Source: the human T2T-CHM13v2.0 reference genome, Homo sapiens
DNA length: 64,000 nucleotides
Reading direction: 5' to 3' (one strand)
Assembly (NCBI RefSeq): GCF_009914755.1
Contig: NC_060947.1
Shown here piece by piece: positions 14,630-29,032 of the stretch. The position numbers and the translations under genes are program-made. Position 1 is the stretch's first letter; the number at the start of each line of letters is the position of its first letter. The notes beneath the pieces were generated by a model. That model was given only the letters and a program-made list of their open reading frames with translations. It was not told where the DNA came from and searched no databases.

Positions 14630-15421
14630 AGGGTGGGAGCACAGGCAAGTAAAGAGACAATCACAGTATATATGATAAGGATTGTCATGGAATGAAGCAC
14701 AGAATGGTGATGGAAGGAACAAAGAGTGGGCATACCAAACACAGATTGGAAGGGTAAAGGAAGGCTTCCTAGAGGAGATGATGGCTTGAAGGATGAATTG
14801 AGAAGGACAAAGTACTTATCCAAGCCCATTTTTAGTGCCTAGTAGGCATTCATCTAATGAGATGGTGGATGTATAACACTTGGTACCTACCACATAGTCA
14901 CAACTCAATATGTGGTAGATGTCATTATTGTTACCTGACCTTTTCAAACAAACTTGAATGGCAAGTTATGTTTACTATGAGGAGTATGTAAGATAATGCA
15001 TGACATGTTAAGTACTTAATATAGTGTCTGGCATATAATAATTGCCCAGCAACTGGTGGCAGTTGATAGTGTTATTGTTGCTGCTATCATTATTTTTAGG
15101 TTTGGCTGGACTGAGATAGATGGAATCTTCCATCTCTGATCTTTTGGGTCATTCAACTCTGCAATTTGTTACATGTTACATTATTTCATATTACATGAAA
15201 TTACATATTACATATTTATATATGTAATATGAAATTACATGTTACACATTACATTTTTTCAGATATAATGTCTGCAAGCATGCTTATGTTCAGAACTTTT
15301 CCCGATAACAATCTCTGGCCCCAACCATAACAATCTCTGGCCCCAACCACCGCTACCACCATCACCAGCCACATGGTGTTCTCAAGTTGTGGTCTCCACA
15401 AAGCATATAGGAAATAGAGGA

Positions 15422-15903
<482 letters not shown>

Positions 15904-17339
15904 TTATAGTAAAGGGATGACATTGGTTTTCTGATGAGCCTCTGTATTTCCAATCTAAGGACAGTTGGTAGAAGTGAATCAAAATCTTTCCCCAACTTTG
16001 TTGGGCACTTTTGCTGTTCTGGATAGGAGGGTAGAGTGTATGTAGATTATAAATATGTTCCTCAGTCCAACCCCATCTCCCTACAACAGCTAGCAGAAAT
16101 TCCTTCTCCATTAGCAATTAACAGTCCCTTTTCCCCTATTTTCCGTAGCTAGTGCAAGTTTTAGTTTTTTGTTGCAAAGCTTCATGGATATTTTAATGGG
16201 CATTCCTAGATGGTGGGTATCAGACTGTGTTATCTTGCTGCCATGTTAACCCAGAGTTCCCCCAGATACAATTGGTTTTCTTGCTAACAACTTCAGGGAG
16301 AAGGCACAAAAGTCCTTTGCTTTTTCATGGTCCTTTCTTACTGTCTTTCCAGCCCTCTCCATCCTGGGGGCCCTGTTTTCACCAGTCATCTTATTTTACC
16401 CAATACAGGAGTCCTCATCCTTTTTGTAAGGAAAAACTGTGTTGTATATTCCTGATGCCTTGATCTCCCTGGGAAGACGGAAATTAAAGGTAGAGGGAAG
16501 TTTACTGAATCTGGGGGCTGGCTACCAGGGTGTGGGAGTGAAGAGGATTGGGGAGATGCTGCTTACTGTCTTCCTCTCTGAGCTGAGAATCCAGGTAAAC
16601 TGCAGAGAGCAGGGCAGGAGAAGGGCGATCATGTTGGAGAGTTAGCTTGCAAGGCCTTGATATTGTTTGTAGATCCCAAGCTACCGATTAGGGGCCCCTG
16701 ACCTAATATAGTAAAAAAAAAAATGGTTTGTGTTGTCATTGTGGCTATTTTTTAATATCCTTCCAGAGGTATATCTCCCTTCCTGTATTAGCTTTCTAAA
16801 TCTTGATACTGTGCACGCAGATTGATCCATTTGCCCTACTTTCCACTCCTTGTAGCATTGTCAATTGTCTTTCAGCCACCTCTGGAATTCTGGACTTGGT
16901 TTACCTAGCCTTTGTGACCACTCCATATATTGACATACAGGGAGCCTCCAAGCTGCAGACAGGCTGAGCTCTCAAAGTTCACTCTCAAGTCAATTGTTTG
17001 GAAGGTGACATGCATTTTTCCATAGGAGAAAAAAATTGTTATAAATTGAACTACATTTCCAGACCAGCCCACAAAAGATGTTTTTAGCTTTAATGTACTA
17101 AAAATGTGGGCCATTTGCAATGACAAAGTAGGAAATCTTGGTAATTCAGCAAAAACAAGAAGACAATCCAAGGGAATAAGAAATACTTTTGCTTGACTGC
17201 TGGTACTGGAGTCAAGAAAGCTGAACTGGATGAGGTACACAGGGCTTTCCGGAGGCTCTCCAGAAAGACTCATGGGGACTTTGAAAGTCTGGAATCATAA
17301 CATAGTTCTAAGTTTACTTCAGAACTGATGGCTTTCAAT

Positions 17340-17520
17340 AATAATGACTACCACATACTGAGCACTTACTGTGTGTCAGGCGCTGTGTTAGGCAGTTTAC
17401 ATACCTTCCCCTCATTTCATTTCATTCTCACAACAACACTATGAGGTAAATACTATAATGACCCTTATTTTACAGACTGAGGCTCAGAAGGGTCAAGGAA
17501 CTTGACAAAAGTTATACAGA
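17340..17520 (-). mobile_element. MIR
   Basis: 'actgagcacttactgtgtgtcagg...ctcacaacaacactatgaggt...attttacaga...tgaggctcaga'. Confidence 0.75.
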
Positions 17521-17788
17521 CAGCACAATTAGAGGCCAAGTCAATGGTTTCCTACTGCCCAAACCTGTGCTTTACAATATATATCTGACCACTCTTTTCT
17601 TTTCTTTTCTTTATCTGGATATATTGGGAACACTACTTTTGGGGCTATCAGCCATGATTAGAGTTATGTGCCAGATCACAAGGAAACTAAGATTGGGAAA
17701 CTAGGAGAGGTGGTACAAGGGAGAGAAGGAAGGAGGAAGGGACAGAGAATTTTGTTAGGCAAAAGTTCAACTAAGAAACCACATACGT

Positions 17789-17950
17789 CAGTGCTTCTCA
17801 AACTGTACTGTGCACTCAAATCACCTGAAACTCGTTAAAATGAAGATTATTATTCAGCAGATCTAGGGAGGGGCCTGAGATCCTGCATTTCTAAAAAGCT
17901 CCCAGGTGTGCTGCTCCTGCTGGCCCACGGACAACACTTTGAACAGTAAG
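17789..17950. mobile_element. MER5A-like hAT MITE
   Basis: 'cagtgcttctcaaactg...aatcacctg...ggggcctgagatcctgcatttctaaaaagctcccaggtg...acactttga'. Confidence 0.8.
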
Positions 17951-19559
17951 GCCATATAGTGCAAATGATAAACAAAAAAATTCAAGCATCCATTAACACC
18001 TGCTTCCTAATTTAATCCAGATCAGCTTCTACACTAAACAGTCACTTATTATCCTCTTTTCTCCTGTAGCCTGTCTCAGGCCATTGTCTCCGCTTTAGTT
18101 CTGCCAGTCTGTTTCAGCTTATGTTTGTTTATTTATTTATTTGTACAAATTTAAGGGGTTCGAGTGCAGTTTTGGTACATGGATATATTGCAGAGTGGTG
18201 AAGTCTGGGCTTTTAATGTAACCGTCACCCAAACAGTGTAGATTGTACCCATTAAGTAATTTCTCATCTCTCACCTCCATGACATGTTTATGTTTAACTA
18301 CTCATTTAAATACAGGTGTTAAATACATATGAACATCTTCTGTCACTCTGAGCACTAGGCAGTCTCAATCAGACATGAATTTCTCTTGGCACAAAGTAGA
18401 TATTTGGCCACAGGGTTCCAGTCCTCAACAATGGCTCTCAGCTCTCTCACCCATTAGGAACAGTCTTATAAAGGTAAGGCATGTAGTAACACTACTGTCC
18501 CAGCGCTTTCTAATTTCCTTTCTTAGAGCTACTGCCTTCATCTGGAGCAGAAAGTAGCCTGGCTTTTTAAAGAGTCCAGATCCTTGTTCCTTTCACATAG
18601 TTGAAACAATCCCAGCATTAGTTTAAGGCAACCATTGAAAAGATTCTTTGCAGAGTCCTGCCAACTCCAAAAGCCCAGTGAAGTTTGTTTCCTGGAAGAT
18701 AATTTACTTTATTTTGCCACCTCCTCTCCTCCGTCCTCTTAGGATTTTGACTGATCATTTTGAGCCATTCTTCATGTTTTTCTTCTATTTTTAGACTCTC
18801 TGACTAATTTTCTCCAGTAGCAAGAGTCAAGGAAAGCTTTCCACTCCAACCAAGCTCTACTTTTTAGGTAGGAAATATTCTCTCACAGTGTTTACAGATC
18901 AACTTGGTGATCTGTGGTCCCTGGCAACTGGATTGCTTTTCTATCTTCTCTTTAACCTTTGGGGATGTTAACCTTGGGGGTGACCCTTCTAACACCTTTA
19001 GCAGGTAGGTGTTCATTGCAGCCTCCACATGAATAGATTAGGTAAGTTCACATTCTATCACTGGATGAATTAAAAACTCTGCTAAAAAAGAATTGTAATC
19101 TTCTGTTTTTAACTTCTATCCATTAATCTTACTTTTATCATATGGAGCAGAAATAGCACTTTCAATATTTCAAGACATTTGTCATATCCTCCTTTAACCA
19201 TCTCTTTGCTAGACTAAACATCCCCAATTTCTAATCAGTCCTCAGTTACTTCTTGACCCTTCATTCATTCAATAAACATCAGATGCACTATGATTTGTAA
19301 ATGTTCACTTTAAAATACAGTACCTCGAAATGGAACGTAGTGCTCGCTGTGTAGTTTGACCAGCATGGAGCACATTGGGACTGCCACTCCTTGTGATGGT
19401 CTGATGCAATTTCATGATCATACCAGCTTAAAAAAGAGTAACTCACTTCTTCACATCTAGTGAGTACCTACTTTGGGTCAGGTACCTAACATCAACTAGA
19501 AACCTCTGTTTTCAGTGGTAGAGGTTCTCTGTTCTTTCTTACCCCATGGGGCCTGGAGA

Positions 19560-21845
19560 TGGTACAGCCACCCTCTTCCAATCCTTCCTACTATCATCTG
19601 CTGTACTTTAGTTCTCTCACCTATTGAGGACTTCACCTCCTCACTGATAGTCTTCCTTTCCACCCCAACTCTAGCCACCATCCTGAGTGATCTTAATGTC
19701 CTCATAGATGACCCATTTATAAGCTTCATCCTTTCAATCATTTTACCTCCACTCTGCTTCACCAACTATTTTCAATGATCCACTTTATTCTCAGCAGATG
19801 ATCTCACCTCTTATTCCATTATGAAAATCTAGGTCGTTGGATGCTAACACTCATTTTCCTGTCCTAACCCCACCCTGCCACATAGTTGTGTCCCTACATG
19901 TCCTAACCTCTTTTTTTTTTTTTTTTTTTTTTTGGGCTTGCAGAAATACACATAGCTTCTCCAGTTCAAGGCTAATTTCTCTACGTATGCTTTGGAGCCC
20001 ATTCTTTCTCACCTCCATGAGGACTTACTTCATCAGTTATCCCTCCTCTCATCTGTGTCTTCAACAACTCCTTCTCTACTTACTGGCTGCTTCCCATCAA
20101 CCTTCAGGCATGATCAACTTTCACTCTAAAAAAAGAAACAAACAAATTTTCCTTCGCCTCTATCCCCAACTGGCATTTGCCCTATTTCTCTTCTTTTATT
20201 GTTATGGAATCTTTTCTAAAGTGTAGACACTCTCCATTTCCTCACCTCCTGTTAAAAACTCAGCTCCCACTATGGCTTTTCTGTTCCCAGAACACCACTG
20301 TTATTTCTCTTTTAAGTAAACCAATGACATCCTAATTGCCAAATCTAATGAACAATGTTAAGTCTTTATTTTACTGGACCTCTCTCTGATGTATTTAACA
20401 TAATTGATTGCTCTCACCCTACTTCTGTCCTCATGACTCTCATGACCTACTCCTTGGCTTTGGTGATGTTGCACATCTTCTGACTGTCCTCATTCCTCTC
20501 TGATTACTCCTTCTTATGCTGTTTTGTGGACTTTTCGTCTGCCACCCCTTAAATGCCAGTCTTTCCCAGGTTTTTTCATTCCTCACCTTTCCCCTAGATC
20601 ATCTCATCCATACCCATGGTTTTATCTACCATCCTATTGAGCCCCAAATCTGTGTCTGTGGTCCCAGACACAGACCTCTCTTGAGAGCTCCAAACCCATA
20701 TACTAGTTAATACTTGACACGTGTAATATGGCACATCCTACAGGTACCTCAAGACCAAACTCAGTATGTTCCAAATTCATCTTTTTTATTCCAATCTGCC
20801 CTTCCTCCTCTGTCTGCCCAACTGACACCATTTTGGTGACTCAGACCTCTATCTACACAGTTGACCTCTATCTACACAGTGCTGAAACTCGGTAGTCATC
20901 CTGAATTTCTCATTCAACCAGTCACCAAGACCTGTTCAGTCTGTCTTCTAAGTATCTATCTGAGATGTGTTTCCTTTATGTTACTACAGCATATTATTAG
21001 TCCAGGCTTTCCATAATCTTTTTGTTTTTTAACCATTCAAATAGCTCCGTAACTGGTCTTCCTGCCTCTTGGCCTGCTCCCCCTTAGTCTATCCTTCACA
21101 CTGTGATAGAATGCATTTTCTCTAATGCAAATCAGATCACATCACTCCTCTGCTTGAAGCCCTATCATGGTTCCCACTGCTTACTGGTACAGTCCAAGCT
21201 GCTCCACAAGGCTTACAAGGCCCCTCACAATCTGGCCTTGCCTACCCTTCCAATCTTATCTCCTATCATCTTTTCCTTATTTTCTTTGCCCAAATAACGT
21301 CAGACTGAACACCCCCCATCACGCCTTCATGCCTTCATACACACTGTTCTCTCTGCCTAGAATGACCCCTTGGTCTTCCAGTCAAATCTTTATTCAGCTT
21401 TCAAAATTGGACTCAGACTATGTCTGGGTAGATACACAAGAAACTAGTGACAATGATTGGGTGGCTGGGGCACAGGAGTGGGAAGAAGACTTCCTTTTTC
21501 CACCTATTTGTACATTCTGCATTTTGTAACACAAATCTGAATTCACTATTCAAAAAAGTAAATACTACGTAAATTTTTTGTTAAAAAAGCACAAGAATCA
21601 GGTCCTTTAGAAAGTTGTTTTCCCCTCCTCATCCTCCTCTGTAGTTTTGTACTCCCTTCTTTGTGCTACCTCTGGGCCTACTGTGTGCTCCTGTGATTAG
21701 AATAATTACATTGCATTGCAATTTGTATGTTAAGTTGTCCATCTCCCCAGATTGTGAGCTACCTGAGGGAAAGGGCTGCATCTTACTTTTTATTGTTTCC
21801 CCAGAATTTAACATAGTGCTCTATAAATGTTGATTGAATGAATGG
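19560..21845 (+). mobile_element. Fragmented L2
   Basis: L2 ORF2 and 3' motifs ('ccaatgacatcctaattgccaaatctaatg', 'catacccatggttt', 'aaatcagatcacatcactcctctgcttgaagccct', terminal 'ataaatgttgattgaatgaatg'). Confidence 0.7.
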
Positions 21846-21986
21846 AGAAACAAGTGAAGAGAAGAATAAAGTAGAGGATGCCCCACATTATAAAACAAAG
21901 CTCCCATGCCAGTTATCTTTCCCAATATCCATCAATCTGTCCTTTTGCCACGTGTTGAGCTTGAAAGTAATACTTTACATTTATAC

Positions 21987-22294
<308 letters not shown>

Positions 22295-24956
22295 TAAGTA
22301 CTATCCATCAATTATCTTGTCAATTTGGGCTCAGCATCATGTAAGACTGCCCAGATCATTTCAAAGTCCCTCTTATTTTTGTGTTATGTGTAGATTTGAT
22401 ATGTATTTGTATATCCTATTTTGAATCACTTGATCAGAATATTGATACAATACCTATTGCTTATTGAACACCTACAGTGTGTCAAACACTGTGCTGGGTG
22501 TTTTTACATATGACATTGTCACAGTATTTGTTGCAAGATAGGTATTTTGCTCTCCAGTTTACAGATGAGAAGATTGAAATCAGTATTGTTAAGTGCCCTG
22601 CCTAGGGTCATATTGCTAGTAAATGGTGAAGTTGAGATTTGAACCAAGGTCTTTTGACTTCAAAATTCATGCTTGAGTCATAACACTACATTGATTCAAA
22701 GGGGCATCTCCACTGCTTCACTACTGGGTGCCTAGCTCAAGGCAGCCCATTGTCTTTGGACTGCTCTGACCATTTTAAAAGCTCTTGTTTGTAGTGAGCC
22801 AAGTTATAAATGAGCCAAACAAGACATGGCCAATAACAGAGCCTTTGGCTCTCTGCTAGAACCTTCCTTCCAGTCTGACACCAAACCATGTGTTCGCTTC
22901 TTTGGCTATAGTTGTTCAACTAGTTATAGGCTCATCTCAACAAATGCCTGAAGCATCCAGCTTATATTTTGCCATCTCATCTACAAGGAAATTATGGCAA
23001 ACTTTGTCCAATGCCTGGATGAAATGAAATCCACTATAGCTATCACATTCTCTGGTAGCTTATCTAGTAACCAGATCAAAAAAAAAAAAAAAGGAAATGA
23101 AGTCTAGGAGGGATATTTGTTTTTTAACGGGGCAATTTGTCAATGACTTAAAGTAATGAGTTTCCAGTGGTATACTTTCAGACATCCTTGACAGGCTGTC
23201 AGGAAGATGATTTTTGGCCAGTGGGCTTCCTACTTCTCTTCAAATGACATCTAAATAGGGACTCCCATTTTCATTGCTTTGAATTGCACAGCACTGTTGT
23301 TTACATCTGGTTTTATTTAATCTTCCATTTCAGTTTTCTGGGCTTTTATTTTTTCTTTGTGTTCTGCCCTTGCACATGTTCCCTCTGCCTGGTTCATTCC
23401 CTAAACTCCTACACCCCCCAGCCCTGCAACACACACATATACATACCTTCCTTGTCCTTTGAGAATCAGTGCATGCAGTCCCTTCTCCAGAAGCCTTCTC
23501 TGTTGTCCCCAGGCTGAGGTAACTGCTTCTCCTCTTGGGTGTTGTAGTGGCAAGTGAGCACAGTGCCTGTCACAAAGTAGATCCCCAATAAATGTTAACT
23601 CCCTTCTCCCCTTCCTCCATGAATATCTCTAAAATAGTATTGATTACACCATATTGTATTTTCATGTTTACTTGTTTGCCTTCATCACTCAATTATGAGC
23701 TCATTCATTCATCCAGTCATTAACAAATATTTATTGTGTGTCTAAGGTGTACAAGGCATTGTTCATGTAGGTACTGGGGACACAGTGATTTCTGAAAATT
23801 GTATTTTCACTGTGTCTTTTCATTGTTGTACTTATAGCACCTGTCATAGTGTCTGGCAAGTAGAGTGCTTATTAAATGTTTGTTAAGGGAATGCACTTCC
23901 TTAGCAGAGTTTCTCAAAGTGTAATCTTTGGACCATTTGCATCTGGATCATTGAGGGGTGTAGGTTAAAATGTTAATTCTTGGGTCCCTCTCCAAACCTA
24001 CTGAATCAGAATATCTTAAGAGTGGGCTGCAAGAATCTGTATTTTAATCTCGTTTTGCGGTGTTTCTATCATGCTAAAATTTGGGAACCTCTGCGAAACA
24101 GAATAGAAATAGGGAGACCCAGTGCCTCCCTATATATGCCTCCCTATAATAACATTGAAAAGTGTAGCTAAAACCGACTAAATCGTGTTTAATGCCTCCG
24201 AATGCTGCAGTAAATTTTAGTAAAAGAGAAAAAGGAATTAATTAAAATTGTCTAGAAAGGTTAATTACTATTTACCTTTTGAACAAGTGGAATTATTGCC
24301 AATAAAATCTAATCTTAATTTAGGTCAAATTTATGATACCAGAGAGTTTTCATTTCTAAAGTGCTACTTGTATATTTGATGGTATATAGGGACCCATTGT
24401 GTAACCCAACAATACAATATATTGATTCCATGTTATAGACTTGAATTGCAAATTAAGAAAGAGTATGTCCAAACTGTACTTGTGCTTTAACATTGATTAT
24501 ATATGTGATTTATCTGATGCTTAGTCCTTAATCAGAATTGTTAGTGCTCATTCTCTGTGCAAATTTGATCCATTTAACTGTTTTATGCCATATTTTCCAA
24601 GAACATGCTGTTATTAAAAGTGCTCTTTGGTAATAGATCAGGCATATAAGATCTAAGTCTCAACCAAAGACAGCACAACTTCCCTTTCAGGAAGACTTGA
24701 CAAATTGGATTTTATGACCATGTTTTGGGGATTGGAGCTGTCTATTTTTAGTGTGCCTTGACATGATCCTTATGGTCAGGAGCTGAAGTGTTCTTGTATC
24801 TGAACACAAATATGTTAAATATTCACAGGTTTATACTTCTGTTTCCCTCCTTTTGACTTCCCTCTTTTTTTCAACTCAACTTAGGTTTTCAGTGGTGGTG
24901 TCACTGCTGCCAAGCTGGACCGAAAACGGCCATCGGCATGCTGCCCAACCAGCACC

Positions 24957-25418
24957 ATGTCCAAAGACCTGAAAATTCTATGTAAAGACCCTGCTTTGGA
25001 GCTGAGCTGCTACCGGGACCATCAGTTCAGTGGCCGTAAATTTCAGCAGGAAAAATTACTGAAGGAAAGCTCCACATTGAATATGGGGAATCTTTCCTTT
25101 TATACAACCGAAGAGAAAATACATGAACTCTTTAGTAGATCTGATATCAGGAATATCTTTATGGGCCTGGATAAAATAAAGAAAACAGCATGTGGTTTTT
25201 GCTTTGTAGAATGCCATAACAGAGCTGATGCTGAAAATGCCATGCGGTTTCTAACTGGGACCTGCCTAGATGAATGGATTATCTGCACTGATTGGGATGT
25301 CGGTTTTAGAGAGGGTCAACAGTATGGTCGCGGTAAATCTGGGGGTCAGGTAAGGGATGAGTTTCGTGAAGATTTTCATTCTGGTAGAGGAGGCTTTGGA
25401 AGACAGACTCAGATCTAG
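24957..25418 (+). CDS. NCBP2L: Nuclear cap-binding protein subunit 2-like (CBP20 paralog, single RRM), intronless retrogene, 153 aa
   Basis: Colinear with CBP20 ([56 protein letters not shown]). ATG in accATG context; no introns in the CDS. Polypyrimidine tract plus candidate acceptor AG at 24883-24884; AATAAA at 25879 and 26534. Confidence 0.93.
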
Positions 25419-26140
25419 AACAATCCATAGAGAAAAAGTTTTAACTCTAACCCCTTGAAAAGTGTGTTATAGACCAACCTCAAGTCTGCAAATAGCCAAT
25501 TCCAAGTTTAAATTACCTTACTTGTTGATGTATTTTTTTCTCTGAAAATTTGTTAAATAGCAGAAACAAAAAAAATCCATTTGTTTTTGTCTGAATTTTG
25601 AAGATGCTTTTCAGATTACCAGTTTGACTGTTAGGTGGTCCAAAGTGAAGTGTTCTTCGGGAACAAATTAGGTATGTAAGATCAGAGTCAACCAAAGCAC
25701 AACTTCCCTTTTAAGAAGATTTCTGTTGGATTCTATGGCCATGTTCCTGCAGCCCAAAATTATAATTTTTTTTAGAGCTTGCATAAAATACAGTCAAATA
25801 AGTGGAAATTTTAAAAAGTTATCAAGAGAAACACAAGCACTATTATTTGAAACCATAGAAAAGTCTGGAAGAATTTGTAATAAAAACAAAAATCCTCCTG
25901 CCCCACCTCTTCCTATCCTACGCCTATTCCCTGGACGATAACGCTTAATTATTTTTATTAGTTTTTGGTTTGTTTGTTTCTTGGTAGTTTCCTCCATATC
26001 TCCAAATAACATGACTACTTACTTTCTTTTTAAACGCTACGTACTGACTTCCTACTTTCAGAGATGAGGATTTAGCTCACTTACACCCCCATTTGCACTT
26101 CTCTACTCTCCATCCTCTCAATATAGTTCACAACACTTTA

Positions 26141-26484
26141 CAGAGGGTTCCTGAGTTACAATGGCTTGGCTTACAATGTTTGGACTTTACAATGGTATAA
26201 AAGTGATGTGCATTCAGTAGAAACCATGCTTCAGGTACCCATACAACTATTTCGTTTTTGACTTTCAGTATAGTATTCAACAAATTGCATGAGATACTTA
26301 ACACTTTATTATAAAATAGGCTTTGGGTTAGATGATTTTGCCCAAGTGTAGGCTAATGTAAAATGTTTAAGATAGGTTGTGCTATGCTATATTTGAGAGG
26401 TTAGATGTATTAAATGCATTTTCAACTTAATATATACAATAAGCTTATTAGGATGTAACCCCATCATAAGTCAATGAGCATCTG
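26141..26484. mobile_element. MER47A-like Tigger MITE
   Basis: Ends cagagg.../...catctg with TA TSDs (26139-26140, 26485-26486); internal 'gcattcagtagaaacc...ttattataaaataggcttt'. Confidence 0.8.
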
Positions 26485-27161
26485 TACTTACTTTCTTTAC
26501 TGTTACATAGCATAACTTAGGTTATACTGCAGTAATAAAAAATCGAAAAATTTTAGTGCTTAAAATTACTAAGTTCTGTTCCTCCCACTACATTCCCATT
26601 GCTGATTACATGGTGCCGGGGTCTGCTCCATGCCATGATTGTCCTCCTTCTGGGGCCTAGGCTAATAGTATACCCACTATCTGGAATGATGATGACAGAG
26701 GGAAAAACAGAGTGACAAATCATGTCCTGGCTCCTCAAGCTTCCACCCAGAAATGATATCCGTCACTTTTGCTCACATTTCCATTCTCAAAACATGTTGT
26801 CAAAACTGATTCTGAGGGAGTGGAGAAGGATCTGTAGGAAGAGATCCTGAATATTAGTGATGAGTTATACAGTTTACTACAGGTTCTCCTATAACTTTAA
26901 TATATACAAATATAACCCCATTTTTGTTTTGCTCCACCATATAGTACTTCCCACTTTGTAAGATGAAGATGTTAATGTCCTTTTGCCTTTTCTTCATCTT
27001 TCTTCCTCCCCCTTCTACTTTCTAGCTTTTTTCATCTATATTTCTGTTTTTACATTGTCAAACTTGATAAAGTTGTCCGTGCTCTGTCTTTCAGTTAATT
27101 CCAAAAGTTTACAATTAGTAAAGAGTATTTTATTACTGTGACTATATAAATATTGTTCCCT

Positions 27162-27479
27162 GGTCAGGCGCAGTGGCTTATGCTTGTAATCCCAGAATTT
27201 TGGGAGACTGAGGTAGGCAGATCACTTGAGGTCAGGAGTTCAAGACTGGCCAGGGCAACATGGTGAAACCCTGTCTTTGCCAAAAATACAAAAATTGCTG
27301 GGCATGGTGGCATGTGCCCGTGGTCCCAGCTACTCAGGAGGCTGAGATGGTAGGATAGTGATCCCTCCTGAGCCCAGGAGGCGGAGGTCGCAGTGAACTG
27401 AGATTGTTCCACTGCACTCCAGCCTGGGTGGCAGAGTGAGACCCTATTTCAAAAATAAGTAAATAAATAAATAAATAAA
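27162..27479 (+). mobile_element. Alu
   Basis: Full Alu consensus with (TAAA)n tail. Confidence 0.92.
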
Positions 27480-27601
27480 GTTCCTTGCAAAGCCAGGGAG
27501 AGTCCAACATCTATATCTTTTCTGCTGGAATTTTTATTTACCATTCTCTCTTTCTTATATTTGCCTTTATTGCACCCCTTAATTTCCTTCAAACTCTGTA
27601 A

Positions 27602-28235
<634 letters not shown>

Positions 28236-28332
28236 GACAACAGTTTCCATCCAGAGATTTTTCTTCACTATAGTCCTGAATTGGACTGACTATTTCATGG
28301 ATCCTGTGTTTATCCCTTTTGTGATTTACTTC

Positions 28333-29032
28333 TATATTAGTCCATTTTCACACTGCTGTAAAGAACTACCTGAGACTGGGTAATTTATGAAGCAAAAAGG
28401 TTTAATTGACTCACAGTTCTATAGGCTTAACAGGAGGCATGACTGAGAGTCCTCACGAAACTTACAATCATGGCAGAAGGTGAAGGGGAAGTAAGCACAT
28501 CTTACCATGGTGGGCAGGAGAGAGAGTGAGAGAGCAAAGGGGGAAGTGCCACACACTTTTAAACCATCAGATCTCAGGATAACTCACTATCACAAGAACA
28601 GCATGGGGGAAATCCACCCCCATGATCCAGTCACCTCCAACCAGTCCTCTCCTCCAATTAGACATGAGATTTGGACAGGACACAAATCCAAACCATGTCA
28701 TTCCACTCCTGGCTCCTCCCAAATCTCATGTCCTTCTCACATTGCAAAATACAATCATCCTTTCTGAATAGTCCCCCAGTCTTAACTCACTTCAGTATTA
28801 ACTCAAAAGTCCACAGTCCAAAATCTCATCTGAGACAAGATAAGTCCCTTCTACCTATGAGCCTGTAAAAAAAAAAAAAAAAAAAAAAAAGTTAATTACC
28901 TCCAAGATACAATGTGGGTACAGGCATCGGATAAATGCTCCCATTCAAAATGGAAGAAATTGGCCAAAACAAAGGGCCTACCGGCCCCATGCAAGCCTGA
29001 AACCCAGTAAGACAGTCATTAAATCTTAAAGC
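28333..29032 (-). mobile_element. MaLR (MST-type) LTR plus adjoining truncated internal sequence
   Basis: 'tattagtccattttcacactgct...gagactgggtaatttat...aaaccatcagatctc' followed by MST-int text 'caaatctcatgtccttctcacattgcaaaatacaatc'. Confidence 0.8.
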
